From a virus, in the IMG/VR virus record IMGVR_UViG_3300044970_001982, positions 1 through 64,000 of that record: a stretch of DNA of 64,000 nucleotides; one strand, given 5' to 3'. The translations under genes were made by a program, and so were the position numbers. Every line of letters begins with the position of its first letter. The first letter of the stretch is position 1. Positions 8,883 through 16,397 of this stretch are shown one piece after another. The notes under the pieces are model-generated. The model ran no database searches. It was not told where the DNA came from and saw nothing but the letters and a program-made list of their open reading frames with translations.

Positions 8883-9059
8883 TCACTTTTTCTTTTTTGG
8901 TGCAGAAGTTGTTCTCCAGCTCCCACCTTTGGACTTATACCATTTAGCAGCCCACGCATTTGCGTACGCACTTGGATAAACATCAAACTTAGATCTAGCC
9001 AATGCTTTAGCTTGACTCCAAAGTTTTGGATTTTTTGCTACGTTTCTTTTTTGTGCCAT
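8883..9059 (-). CDS. Small basic protein, 58 aa (not in ORF track)
   Basis: MAQKRNVAKNPKLWSQAKALARSKFDVYPSAYANAWAAKWYKSKGGSWRTTSAPKKKK; TAATG coupling to the upstream gene. Confidence 0.8.
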   Translation of the reverse strand: MAQKRNVAKNPKLWSQAKALARSKFDVYPSAYANAWAAKWYKSKGGSWRTTSAPKKKK

Positions 9060-9367
9060 TAATCTTGATCCTGATCATATATTCCGTTTCCAGAACCGCC
9101 TGGTTTTTCCTTATCCTTTAATCCATTTGCAGCTAGAACTCCAGATAAACAACCGGACAAGAATAAGACTATAGGAACCAGAAGTGAATCAATAAACGCC
9201 TTATCATTTGGAGATTGCTGATCAATTGGCTGAGTAACAAACACTAGCGCATACATTACTCCAGCAACAATAATTGCAAATGTAAGAGCTAATGTTGCTC
9301 CAACAATTAAAACCATTCTAGCCTTAATTTCACTATTTGTATATCTCTTTTTTTGATAATTACTCAT
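9059..9367 (-). CDS. Two-TM membrane protein in lysis cassette (holin-like)
   Basis: Probable start MSNYQKKR at 9367; two long hydrophobic helices. Confidence 0.7.
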   Translation of the reverse strand: MSNYQKKRYTNSEIKARMVLIVGATLALTFAIIVAGVMYALVFVTQPIDQQSPNDKAFIDSLLVPIVLFLSGCLSGVLAANGLKDKEKPGGSGNGIYDQDQD

Positions 9368-9560
9368 TAGGTACGCTCCCAAAAATATGTACAGGACATG
9401 TGCCTGATGCCTCACAAAGTGGAGGCTTGCACTCATCTTTTTCCCAATTAACTGGATCTTGACATGGGTATCTGTAGCGCTCAAGATCACTACAGCCACT
9501 AATTAAACCTAAGCCAAAAGCCATACATGCAACTAAAAATGTAATAATATATTTTTTCAT
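9360..9560 (-). CDS. Small Cys-rich lipoprotein
   Basis: Signal peptide ending in an ISGC lipobox, then four more Cys (PCQDP..ECKPPLCEASGTC). Confidence 0.75.
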   Translation of the reverse strand: MKKYIITFLVACMAFGLGLISGCSDLERYRYPCQDPVNWEKDECKPPLCEASGTCPVHIFGSVPNE

Positions 9561-10372
9561 TAGAACATTTTATCCCATGTGACAGGTCCAACGACACCGT
9601 CTGCTTTTAGACCATTAGCGGTTTGCCACTTCTTTAGTGCCTCAACAGACTTAGGTCCAAAATCTCCATCAGCCTTAGCGCCAATTATAGCTTGTACCAA
9701 CATTGCTTCAGGCCCCTTAGATCCAAGCTTTACTGGATTGCCAGGGTATTTGAATTCCATTGGGCCAGCTTCTACAGCTCCACCAGAAGGAGCAATTGAT
9801 TCTGTTACAGACGCTACAGAGCCGTCAGGGGTTTTATCTCCCAAACAGTACTGCCAGTGCCAAGCTTCAAACTCTTTTGAATTTTTATCTGATGTCTGCA
9901 AATAGAAACCCCACTTTGGAGCATTTGCGCACATCCATTCAAAACAAGCACCACCCATTGACTGCAGTTTGCCACCAGCTTCATAACCAAGATCTATAGC
10001 TAGTCCCCAACCATGATTTGAACCCTTTTTTCCAGTAGGATCGGGAGCTGCAGAAGGAGCTTTACCTGGCTTTAGATACCAGGTTTTTCCTTCGTATACG
10101 CGAGTTACCTGAGGTTTGCGCCCCTGATCTGCTGTTGTATATCTATCCATAAACATTGACAACTGACCCTCAAATGAACGGTAATCTCCTACGTTACGTA
10201 ACTTGTGACCAGCGGCTAGAGCTGCATCATACATTTTATTAAACTGCTCTGCGACTGGGGCATACATCTGTCCACCAGTTTTAACTTTTGCTAACAAATT
10301 AGCTGGTAATTGACCATTTTTATGTGGTGCCAATGCACTTGGCACAACTAGTTTAATATAAGGGTATATCAT
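9560..10372 (-). CDS. Endolysin: M15/VanY-like Zn peptidase plus C-terminal PG-binding domain
   Basis: YRS, SNHGWGLAID and EAWHW motifs; DGDFGPKS..WQ..NGLKADGVVGPVTW. Confidence 0.88.
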   Translation of the reverse strand: MIYPYIKLVVPSALAPHKNGQLPANLLAKVKTGGQMYAPVAEQFNKMYDAALAAGHKLRNVGDYRSFEGQLSMFMDRYTTADQGRKPQVTRVYEGKTWYLKPGKAPSAAPDPTGKKGSNHGWGLAIDLGYEAGGKLQSMGGACFEWMCANAPKWGFYLQTSDKNSKEFEAWHWQYCLGDKTPDGSVASVTESIAPSGGAVEAGPMEFKYPGNPVKLGSKGPEAMLVQAIIGAKADGDFGPKSVEALKKWQTANGLKADGVVGPVTWDKMF

Positions 10373-10405
10373 TATTAACTCCTATCATTTTATTCTAATA
10401 TCAAA

Positions 10406-10412
10406 ATAGTAA
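10406..10412 (-). promoter_or_regulatory. TTACTAT candidate late promoter
   Basis: Offset 34 nt from the endolysin ATG at 10372. Confidence 0.6.
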
Positions 10413-10440
10413 CGTTTTAACATGTGTAATACACGCGACT

Positions 10441-11280
10441 TTAACGTCGTCCCGTTCTTTTTAGTGAGGTTTTTACAGATGCGTTCTCACCAGATCCTAC
10501 TATAGAAACTATTCTCCATTCATTTCTTACATAGTTTATAAGTAGATTGTATAATCTGTTCAAAAATTCTTGCCCACCATTATATCCTTTTGGAGATACC
10601 TCAACGTGTATGTGTCTTTTTCCCTGATTATCTGGATCAGTATTTTCGTCCCATTTTTTCCAACCAGAAAAAGGAATATTTATCATAGCATTCCAAGTGG
10701 TGGCATTAACAATTCCACTTGGCACTATTTTATTTTCACGTTGCCAAACTTTTAATTGATTTTCAGTATTTTTATCAAATTTCCCAGTTGCGTTTATTCC
10801 AAGAGCTGACTGAAAAATTTTAACATGCTCTCCACTTGCACCTAAAGATATATCTGCAATAAATTGATATTGTGAACCTGTTACTGCAAAAGAATCTCTA
10901 CTGCACCTATAGGCTGCTCCCCAGTTATTATTTGAACCGCGAACCACTCTACCCATATATGTATATCTTGTCATGCTTTGCGGAAGATATATTCCAAAAT
11001 AATCATGAATCTCTTCTATTTCAAGAACTATACGATTTTTGTATAAGAAGTTAATTAAGTTCCAATTAATCTCTTCAAAATTTTCAAGAGGAATATTTTT
11101 TCTAAAGTTCCATGCTGCTACATCAAAAGCTCTTCCACGAGAATGAACAGAGTCAATATTCCCACTTGAAACACCTACGCTCGTCAGTCCAAAGAAATAT
11201 TCTAATGATTTAGAAAATTCTCTAACCACACTAGTTGGCGATTTTTGTGCATCTTCTAGTCCGGTATATGTTCTAATCAT
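10441..11280 (-). CDS. M15-like peptidase with inserted PG-binding domain
   Basis: SVHSRGRAFD...HIHVE Zn ligands flank GASGEHVKIFQSALG..TGKFD..WQ..SGIVNATTW. Confidence 0.65.
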   Translation of the reverse strand: MIRTYTGLEDAQKSPTSVVREFSKSLEYFFGLTSVGVSSGNIDSVHSRGRAFDVAAWNFRKNIPLENFEEINWNLINFLYKNRIVLEIEEIHDYFGIYLPQSMTRYTYMGRVVRGSNNNWGAAYRCSRDSFAVTGSQYQFIADISLGASGEHVKIFQSALGINATGKFDKNTENQLKVWQRENKIVPSGIVNATTWNAMINIPFSGWKKWDENTDPDNQGKRHIHVEVSPKGYNGGQEFLNRLYNLLINYVRNEWRIVSIVGSGENASVKTSLKRTGRR

Positions 11281-11287
11281 ATGTTAT

Positions 11288-11491
11288 TTATTTCTTTTTT
11301 CTTTTCTTTGATATTTTTCTTAACGTAGTTGCTAAGTTTGCTTGACGAACTGTTGTAGTACTGTACTTTGATGGATTTTTCTTTACAGCTGCAGCGAATG
11401 CTGGTACTGTCATTTTTGCCTTTTTTGCTTTTGCTGTAAAGGCGCCAGGTCTTTTAATTGCCCCTTGAATCCACTTTTTTTTACTCGCCAT
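11288..11491 (-). CDS. Small Lys/Ala-rich basic protein
   Basis: MASKKKWIQGAIKRPGAF...ANLATTLRKISKKRKKK. Confidence 0.75.
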   Translation of the reverse strand: MASKKKWIQGAIKRPGAFTAKAKKAKMTVPAFAAAVKKNPSKYSTTTVRQANLATTLRKISKKRKKK

Positions 11492-12734
11492 TTTCATTCA
11501 TCCTTTTATTAAATATAATAATTAAATATCCGACAAAGCATAGGAATACGCCTGCATAAAATATAGTAACGCTATTTCCAGTATTTGGTAGTTGACCTAT
11601 TGGAACCGTTGTCTCTGGCATTGAGGGTGGTGCCACTGTTGTTTGCGGAATGTCTACTACAGTTGTAGTTGACTCATTATCGTTTTCTGGACTTGGTTCG
11701 GGTGTAGTATCGATAACTGGTTCTGTAGTTGTGGTTGTACTTTCTTCAATTGGTGGATCTGTAACTGGAGGATCAGTTGCCGGGGGATCCGTAGCTGGTG
11801 GATCTGTAGCCGGGGGATCTGTAGCTGGAGGATCGGTTGCCGGGGGATCAGTAGGGGTTGGTGGTACTGTTGGTGCGTCTGGATTATTTGGTGGAACAGC
11901 CCCGAAAGATTCGCCATTTTTAGTAGTTCCACCTGGCTGACTATCAATAAGCAAAACTGGCGATAAAGCCGTATCATCAAGATTAAAAACAGCAAATCCT
12001 AATTTATAATCACCAGTTACAGAAACCTGATATGTAGATACCTGCCATCCTGTAGAGCCATATGTCCCAGTTGAATAGTCTCCAGTCCCAGGATTTGTAA
12101 AACCAAGCAGGGCATATCTTTGTGTCTGGTTGTTAACGGTAATTGTTGCAGATGAACTCGAATCTACTGGTGTTAAAGACGTTATGGAACCATCGTTAAA
12201 TGGCACGTAGTCAGTTCCTATATAGTTCCATGACATGGTATATGTAACGCCAGCACTTAATGTCACATTTCTAGTAATCCATGCGGCATCTGTGGGATTA
12301 CCGCTGCCCCAACCACTTGCTGATGCCTGAGATGTCATAATACCTCTTAAGAATGTATTTTCAGCGCTTGACAAACCAAGTGCTAATGTAGCCACATCGA
12401 AGTTTGCTTCATTAGCCGGTTGAAGTGCTGCAGCGTGTGAACCATACGGCGAAAACTGCCAAATAGTAGCGGGAGTTGCTGGCTGATAATACTGAGAACC
12501 AGGTGTTCCCACTTGACTTCCTGGTGGTGCATTAAAAGTTACAGTTCCATTTATTATGGAAACACCAGTTCCACTACCGGTAATTGTTGAGGTCATATTT
12601 TCAGTCTGCGCACCCTTCTCCCATCCAGTAAAGTCTCCAGATTCAAAGTTTGCATTAGATACACTATCAGCTGATACGATGCTCGGCAGCATAAATAAAC
12701 CTAACCCAAATAAAATATAAAAAAGCTTTTTCAT
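11481..12734 (-). CDS. Secreted LPXTG cell-wall-anchored protein with PATDP repeats
   Basis: Signal peptide; NANFESGDFTGW beta-sandwich-like domain; tandem PATDP repeats; LPNTG, then a TM segment and NKR. Confidence 0.8.
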   Translation of the reverse strand: MKKLFYILFGLGLFMLPSIVSADSVSNANFESGDFTGWEKGAQTENMTSTITGSGTGVSIINGTVTFNAPPGSQVGTPGSQYYQPATPATIWQFSPYGSHAAALQPANEANFDVATLALGLSSAENTFLRGIMTSQASASGWGSGNPTDAAWITRNVTLSAGVTYTMSWNYIGTDYVPFNDGSITSLTPVDSSSSATITVNNQTQRYALLGFTNPGTGDYSTGTYGSTGWQVSTYQVSVTGDYKLGFAVFNLDDTALSPVLLIDSQPGGTTKNGESFGAVPPNNPDAPTVPPTPTDPPATDPPATDPPATDPPATDPPATDPPVTDPPIEESTTTTTEPVIDTTPEPSPENDNESTTTVVDIPQTTVAPPSMPETTVPIGQLPNTGNSVTIFYAGVFLCFVGYLIIIFNKRMNENGE

Positions 12735-12767
12735 TTCTCCCTCATTCTATAAATTGTCCGCAATTAT

Positions 12768-12774
12768 ATAGTAA
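12768..12774 (-). promoter_or_regulatory. TTACTAT candidate late promoter
   Basis: Offset 34 nt from ATG at 12734. Confidence 0.6.
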
Positions 12775-12784
12775 TGTTTACAAT

Positions 12785-12816
12785 AAAAAAGAGAGACGCA
12801 TTTCTGCGCCTCTCTT
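12785..12816 (-). terminator. Intrinsic terminator
   Basis: Minus strand AAGAGAGGCGCA-GAAA-TGCGTCTCTCTT followed by a T run. Confidence 0.75.
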
Positions 12817-12838
12817 AGTAAATTATATAAATATTATA

Positions 12839-12958
12839 CTACTTTTTCTTTTTCTTTTTAAGAATAGCAGATTGTATAAAAGGTGGTAGTTTTTTCTGTG
12901 CGGCAGTTAGTCCATTTGCAGGCTTTTTAGCTGCAGCTTTTTTCTTTTTCATTGCCAT
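12839..12958 (-). CDS. 39-aa polycationic protein (not in ORF track)
   Basis: MAMKKKKAAAKKPANGLTAAQKKLPPFIQSAILKKKKKK. Confidence 0.7.
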   Translation of the reverse strand: MAMKKKKAAAKKPANGLTAAQKKLPPFIQSAILKKKKKK

Positions 12959-12996
12959 ATTTTTTCCAATCTTAAACTAAGAATGAGAAATTAATC

Positions 12997-13107
12997 TCAG
13001 TACATTTTCTTTCCACCCATTTTCTTGGAACCCATCTTCTTAGAGCCCATCTTCTTAGATCCCATTTTCTTGGAACCCATCTTCTTTTTACCCATGTGAC
13101 CAGCCAT
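12997..13107 (-). CDS. 36-aa MGSKK-repeat peptide (not in ORF track)
   Basis: MAGH-MGKKK-(MGSKK)x4-MGGKK-MY; GGAGG RBS; the four MGSKK units differ only at synonymous positions. Confidence 0.8.
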   Translation of the reverse strand: MAGHMGKKKMGSKKMGSKKMGSKKMGSKKMGGKKMY

Positions 13108-13109
13108 AA

Positions 13110-13370
13110 TTACACCTCCTTTTTTTTCTTAGCTTCGCTAGATTTCTTGTAGTGCCACATCATGTGATCTTGCATTTGATCATCTACCTTATCAACCTGT
13201 TCGTCAACATGATCTATTTTATGATGTAGATGAAGTATTTCATCTTTAACATCACCTAACATTGTTGCAACTACGTTGTGATCATTTTTATTTTCTGTTC
13301 TACTTTTCTGAACAAGCGCTGCGAGTATGCCCCCAACAGCAGCTATTGTTGCAACAATGATAGCTTCCAC
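13110..13370 (-). CDS. Single-TM coiled-coil protein (holin/antiholin-like)
   Basis: N-terminal TM, heptad region KIDHVDEQVDKVD and HMMWH. Confidence 0.65.
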   Translation of the reverse strand: MEAIIVATIAAVGGILAALVQKSRTENKNDHNVVATMLGDVKDEILHLHHKIDHVDEQVDKVDDQMQDHMMWHYKKSSEAKKKKEV

Positions 13371-13374
13371 GCTA

Positions 13375-13662
13375 TCACCACTTCACACGATCAGCCCAAT
13401 AGGCTGCAGACATTTTGCCTTTGGCAATGTTTTTAGCATGACGAGCTTTAAAAGATTTTCTTCTGGCGGCGTAGGATGCTGACTCGCCTTTTTTCTTTGG
13501 AGATCCCGATACACCCTGTTGTCCAAAGCGAATTGTCTTTACTTGATCCCCCTGCTTAGCTACAACAACATGCGATTTAGTGGGATGGTTTGGTGTCCTT
13601 TTAGGTTTGTTAAAACCACTTACACCAGCTCTAGCTAATCTTGGATCTTTTTTAGCTGCCAT
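13375..13662 (-). CDS. Small basic protein
   Basis: FNKPKRTP.HPTKSHVV..KTIRFGQQG..RRKSFKARH..SAAYWADRVKW. Confidence 0.8.
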   Translation of the reverse strand: MAAKKDPRLARAGVSGFNKPKRTPNHPTKSHVVVAKQGDQVKTIRFGQQGVSGSPKKKGESASYAARRKSFKARHAKNIAKGKMSAAYWADRVKW

Positions 13663-13775
13663 TACTTTTTCCTTTTAATCTTGGTTTTTTTATGTTTAAT
13701 AACTAGACCATTACTTTTTTGATTATTTGTACCCATTCTTGGTCCGCTAATATATATAAACTTTTTAATTGCCAC
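13662..13775 (-). CDS. 37-aa basic protein (GTG start, not in ORF track)
   Basis: MAIKKFIYISGPRMGTNNQKSNGLVIKHKKTKIKRKK; fills the gap between neighbours exactly. Confidence 0.6.
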   Translation of the reverse strand: MAIKKFIYISGPRMGTNNQKSNGLVIKHKKTKIKRKK

Positions 13776-13777
13776 TG

Positions 13778-13954
13778 TTATTTCTTTTTTCTTTTCTTTT
13801 TTAATTTTTGAGCCGATGATATTGCTATAGCTATAGCTTGTTTTCTAGACTTTACTACTGGCCCACCCTTTCCCGAATGAAGAGTGCCCCTGCCAAATTC
13901 TCCCATAACAGACTTAATCTTTTTTTGATAAGATGATTTCTTTTTGGAAGCCAT
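13778..13954 (-). CDS. 58-aa basic protein (DUF6496-like, not in ORF track)
   Basis: KIKSVMGEFGRGTLHSGKGGPVVKSRKQAIAIAIS; poly-Lys tail. Confidence 0.75.
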   Translation of the reverse strand: MASKKKSSYQKKIKSVMGEFGRGTLHSGKGGPVVKSRKQAIAIAISSAQKLKKKRKKK

Positions 13955-14097
13955 TATTTGCTCTTATTTTTTGTCCAACGACTGGAAATATGTCCACCAC
14001 TTTTTTTCAAATCAATAACATTCATTACAGAATTCTTTAATAAGTTACGATAACTCTTATCTGAAGATGTTTTAGAACCCCAACCTTTGTCCTTCAT
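13954..14097 (-). CDS. 47-aa basic protein (not in ORF track)
   Basis: MKDKGWGSKTSSDKSYRNLLKNSVMNVIDLKKSGGHISSRWTKNKSK; AAGGAG RBS. Confidence 0.65.
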   Translation of the reverse strand: MKDKGWGSKTSSDKSYRNLLKNSVMNVIDLKKSGGHISSRWTKNKSK

Positions 14098-14110
14098 GAA
14101 AACTCCTTAT

Positions 14111-14165
14111 AAAAAAAAGACACTGGATATATAGTAACATTTCATCACTATATAACCAGTGTCTT
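14111..14165 (-). terminator. Terminator hairpin containing a TTACTAT motif (14131-14137)
   Basis: AAGACACTGG.TATATAGT / ACTATATA.CCAGTGTCTT inverted repeat plus T8 on the minus strand. Confidence 0.7.
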
Positions 14166-14182
14166 ATTTGAAAAAAGCGATG

Positions 14183-14455
14183 TTACTTTTTATCTGATTT
14201 AGCTTTAGTACCTTGACCCTTTGGTCTTCCGGGCTTTTTTGAAGCCTGTGACTTTTTAGCTTGTACACCGTCAGTCTTTTTTGGCTGAACTGGCTTTTTC
14301 TGCTCTGCAGCTTTTGGAACTGACTGAACTTTTGGTGCCTCTTTAGGAGGAAGAAAATCAGAATTTTTAACAGGTGTAACAATATTTTCTGTTTTCCCAA
14401 TAAAATTAACTGGATTCTCTTTCTTCTTAAGAAGTTTCTTAATAAACTTAATCAT
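14183..14455 (-). CDS. Lys/Pro-rich protein with AT-hook-like PGRPK motif
   Basis: KKPGRPKG near the C-terminus. Confidence 0.65.
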   Translation of the reverse strand: MIKFIKKLLKKKENPVNFIGKTENIVTPVKNSDFLPPKEAPKVQSVPKAAEQKKPVQPKKTDGVQAKKSQASKKPGRPKGQGTKAKSDKK

Positions 14456-14464
14456 TATAACCTC

Positions 14465-14785
14465 TCATTTGCCTTGTTGTGAATCTTTAATGAGCATGTA
14501 TCGCTCACCCGTTTCTTTTGAAGCTAGTGAAAAACCGTAGGCTACAGCTTCTTCTACTGCAGTCTTTAAGGCTTCTTTATCCTCAAAAGAAACTCCATGT
14601 AATGGGATTGTTACTCCCGCATAGACATCAATATTTTCAAAGTTTCCAATATTGATTTTTCTATTTACCCCACATATTACTATGGGAGAACTTGCTAGCG
14701 TAATTTCATTGCTCAAAAGGTTCACCACCTGATCTAAAGGAGAATCTATTGATTGCTCCATTGCTGTTTTTGATATTTTAGGCAT
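14465..14785 (-). CDS. Hypothetical protein
   Basis: 106-aa ORF containing RKINIGNFENID. Confidence 0.7.
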   Translation of the reverse strand: MPKISKTAMEQSIDSPLDQVVNLLSNEITLASSPIVICGVNRKINIGNFENIDVYAGVTIPLHGVSFEDKEALKTAVEEAVAYGFSLASKETGERYMLIKDSQQGK

Positions 14786-15572
14786 ATACGTCTGTAAATG
14801 ATTGTATGAATTTTATTGTTTCTTTAGTTTGTTCTTCGATAGAAAGTCCATCAGTATTAATTATAGCAGAACAATAGTTTTTTACCAAGTCCATTTCTAA
14901 TTCAGACTTATGATTTGACTGCTCTGCTGTCATTAATCTACCATCTCGTTTCATCATTCTTTCTGACCTAACCTCGTCAGAAGCTTCGTAGCATACAACT
15001 ATACCATTTGGCTGCTTGGCTATCATGGCTGCTTCATTTTCAAATCTTACGTCAGAAACTATAATACACAATGGTGTTTCGTTTTCTGAATATTCTTGCG
15101 TTGACATATACTCACGAAACATTTGTGATGTTTTTATTATTGCCCATCTAGCAAAACACTGAGGGTCATACTCTCTGCAGAGATCCCCAGCTTTTTGGAG
15201 AAAAGATCTTGGCTTTATTCCTTCTGGCTCAATTGGAAGATTATATATATCCTTAACTAATTTGCAAAAATCATCATATGAAGGTATTGCGCCAAGTGCA
15301 TTTCTGCCATAAATATCATATACTACTTCATGTATAGAAAATAATTGTCTATCTTTTTGTCTTTGCCCAAGGCTATTCTTTCTTATTGATGCCAGTTCAT
15401 ATAAAGGTAGTGCAAAGAATATATGATCCCATGCAATATTATCCGTAACTGGTTTATTGATTTGAGCTTTCGGAACTATGCTTTCAGCAACAGATGTTTT
15501 ACCTGTTGCAGCTTTCCCTGCTAATCCCAATATAATTGGGTAATCTGGATAGAATTTTTTCTTATCAATCAT
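14778..15572 (-). CDS. Deoxynucleoside monophosphate kinase
   Basis: GLAGKAATGKT P-loop; R..LQ..G..R; SDVRFENE; HKSE. Confidence 0.85.
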   Translation of the reverse strand: MIDKKKFYPDYPIILGLAGKAATGKTSVAESIVPKAQINKPVTDNIAWDHIFFALPLYELASIRKNSLGQRQKDRQLFSIHEVVYDIYGRNALGAIPSYDDFCKLVKDIYNLPIEPEGIKPRSFLQKAGDLCREYDPQCFARWAIIKTSQMFREYMSTQEYSENETPLCIIVSDVRFENEAAMIAKQPNGIVVCYEASDEVRSERMMKRDGRLMTAEQSNHKSELEMDLVKNYCSAIINTDGLSIEEQTKETIKFIQSFTDVYA

Positions 15573-15579
15573 GACAACT

Positions 15580-15588
15580 ATTATATCA
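15580..15588 (-). promoter_or_regulatory. Extended -10 promoter (TGATATAAT), leaderless configuration
   Basis: Only 7 nt between TATAAT and the ATG at 15572; no SD. Confidence 0.65.
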
Positions 15589-15589
15589 T

Positions 15590-16024
15590 CTAACTCTTGT
15601 TCATGTATTCTTTTCTTAGCTCTAATTCATCTAAAAATGCATTTGCCAATGCATCGGGTTCCCAAACAAAAGATCTCTTAACCTGAACAACTCTGAAATT
15701 AAATTCATCTTTTATTTCTTCTATTGTCATCAATAGCGGCATAAGTGTAGGATTTTTGCACTTCCATTTACCGTTTACCTGATTAGCTACAACAGCTGAA
15801 TCGGTATATATAATTGGATCAGCAAGATCTGCCATTGAACAAATTAGCAGGCCGGCTATCACAGCTTCATACTCTGCTTCATTATTGGTTCTAGGACCTA
15901 AGCCTCTAGCAAATTGTGCTATCTTTTTTCTATTTTTATAGACGACAGCAGAACAAGCTGCCTCTCCAAACTTTTTTTGACCTTGTCCTCTTGAAGCTCC
16001 ATCACAAAAAACTTCTATATTCAT
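15590..16024 (-). CDS. rnhA: Ribonuclease HI
   Basis: CDGASRG, TNNEAEYEA, YTDS..V..Q..G.W and DALAN motifs. Confidence 0.9.
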   Translation of the reverse strand: MNIEVFCDGASRGQGQKKFGEAACSAVVYKNRKKIAQFARGLGPRTNNEAEYEAVIAGLLICSMADLADPIIYTDSAVVANQVNGKWKCKNPTLMPLLMTIEEIKDEFNFRVVQVKRSFVWEPDALANAFLDELELRKEYMNKS

Positions 16025-16042
16025 GTATGTAATACCAATCTG

Positions 16043-16198
16043 TTATTTATTATTTAGTAAAGAATATATATCTAGCAACATGTCTTCTATTTCTTGTCTA
16101 GAATAGAGTTCTCTATCCTGTTCAAAAATATTAAAGAGCCATTTTTCTATATACTCTTTTGCTTCATCAGATGGTGTCTTGGTCAATTCTAACGTCAT
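16043..16198 (-). CDS. Hypothetical 51-aa protein (not in ORF track)
   Basis: MTLELTKTPSDEAKEYIEKW...SLLNNK fills an intergenic gap. Confidence 0.55.
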   Translation of the reverse strand: MTLELTKTPSDEAKEYIEKWLFNIFEQDRELYSRQEIEDMLLDIYSLLNNK

Positions 16199-16385
16199 AT
16201 TCTATTCCAAATTTTTCAGCCGCTTCTTTAAGAAGTTCTTCATTTCTAGGCGATACCTGTATAGTTTTAGTTAACAGATATCTATTTCCCTTATACTCAA
16301 CTTGCATTGGGAAATTTAGATCTTCTCTTTTTTTAGAATAGAACTCTTTAGAAGAACTAACACTTTTATAGTAACCTATAAACAT
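16167..16385 (-). CDS. Hypothetical protein
   Basis: 72-aa ORF with AAGGA RBS. Confidence 0.65.
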   Translation of the reverse strand: MFIGYYKSVSSSKEFYSKKREDLNFPMQVEYKGNRYLLTKTIQVSPRNEELLKEAAEKFGIEYDVRIDQDTI

Positions 16386-16397
16386 ATAATATCCTTT

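Noticed and set aside
11760-11850. 15-bp tandem repeats as a non-coding array
   Set aside because: They encode the PATDP linker of the LPXTG protein
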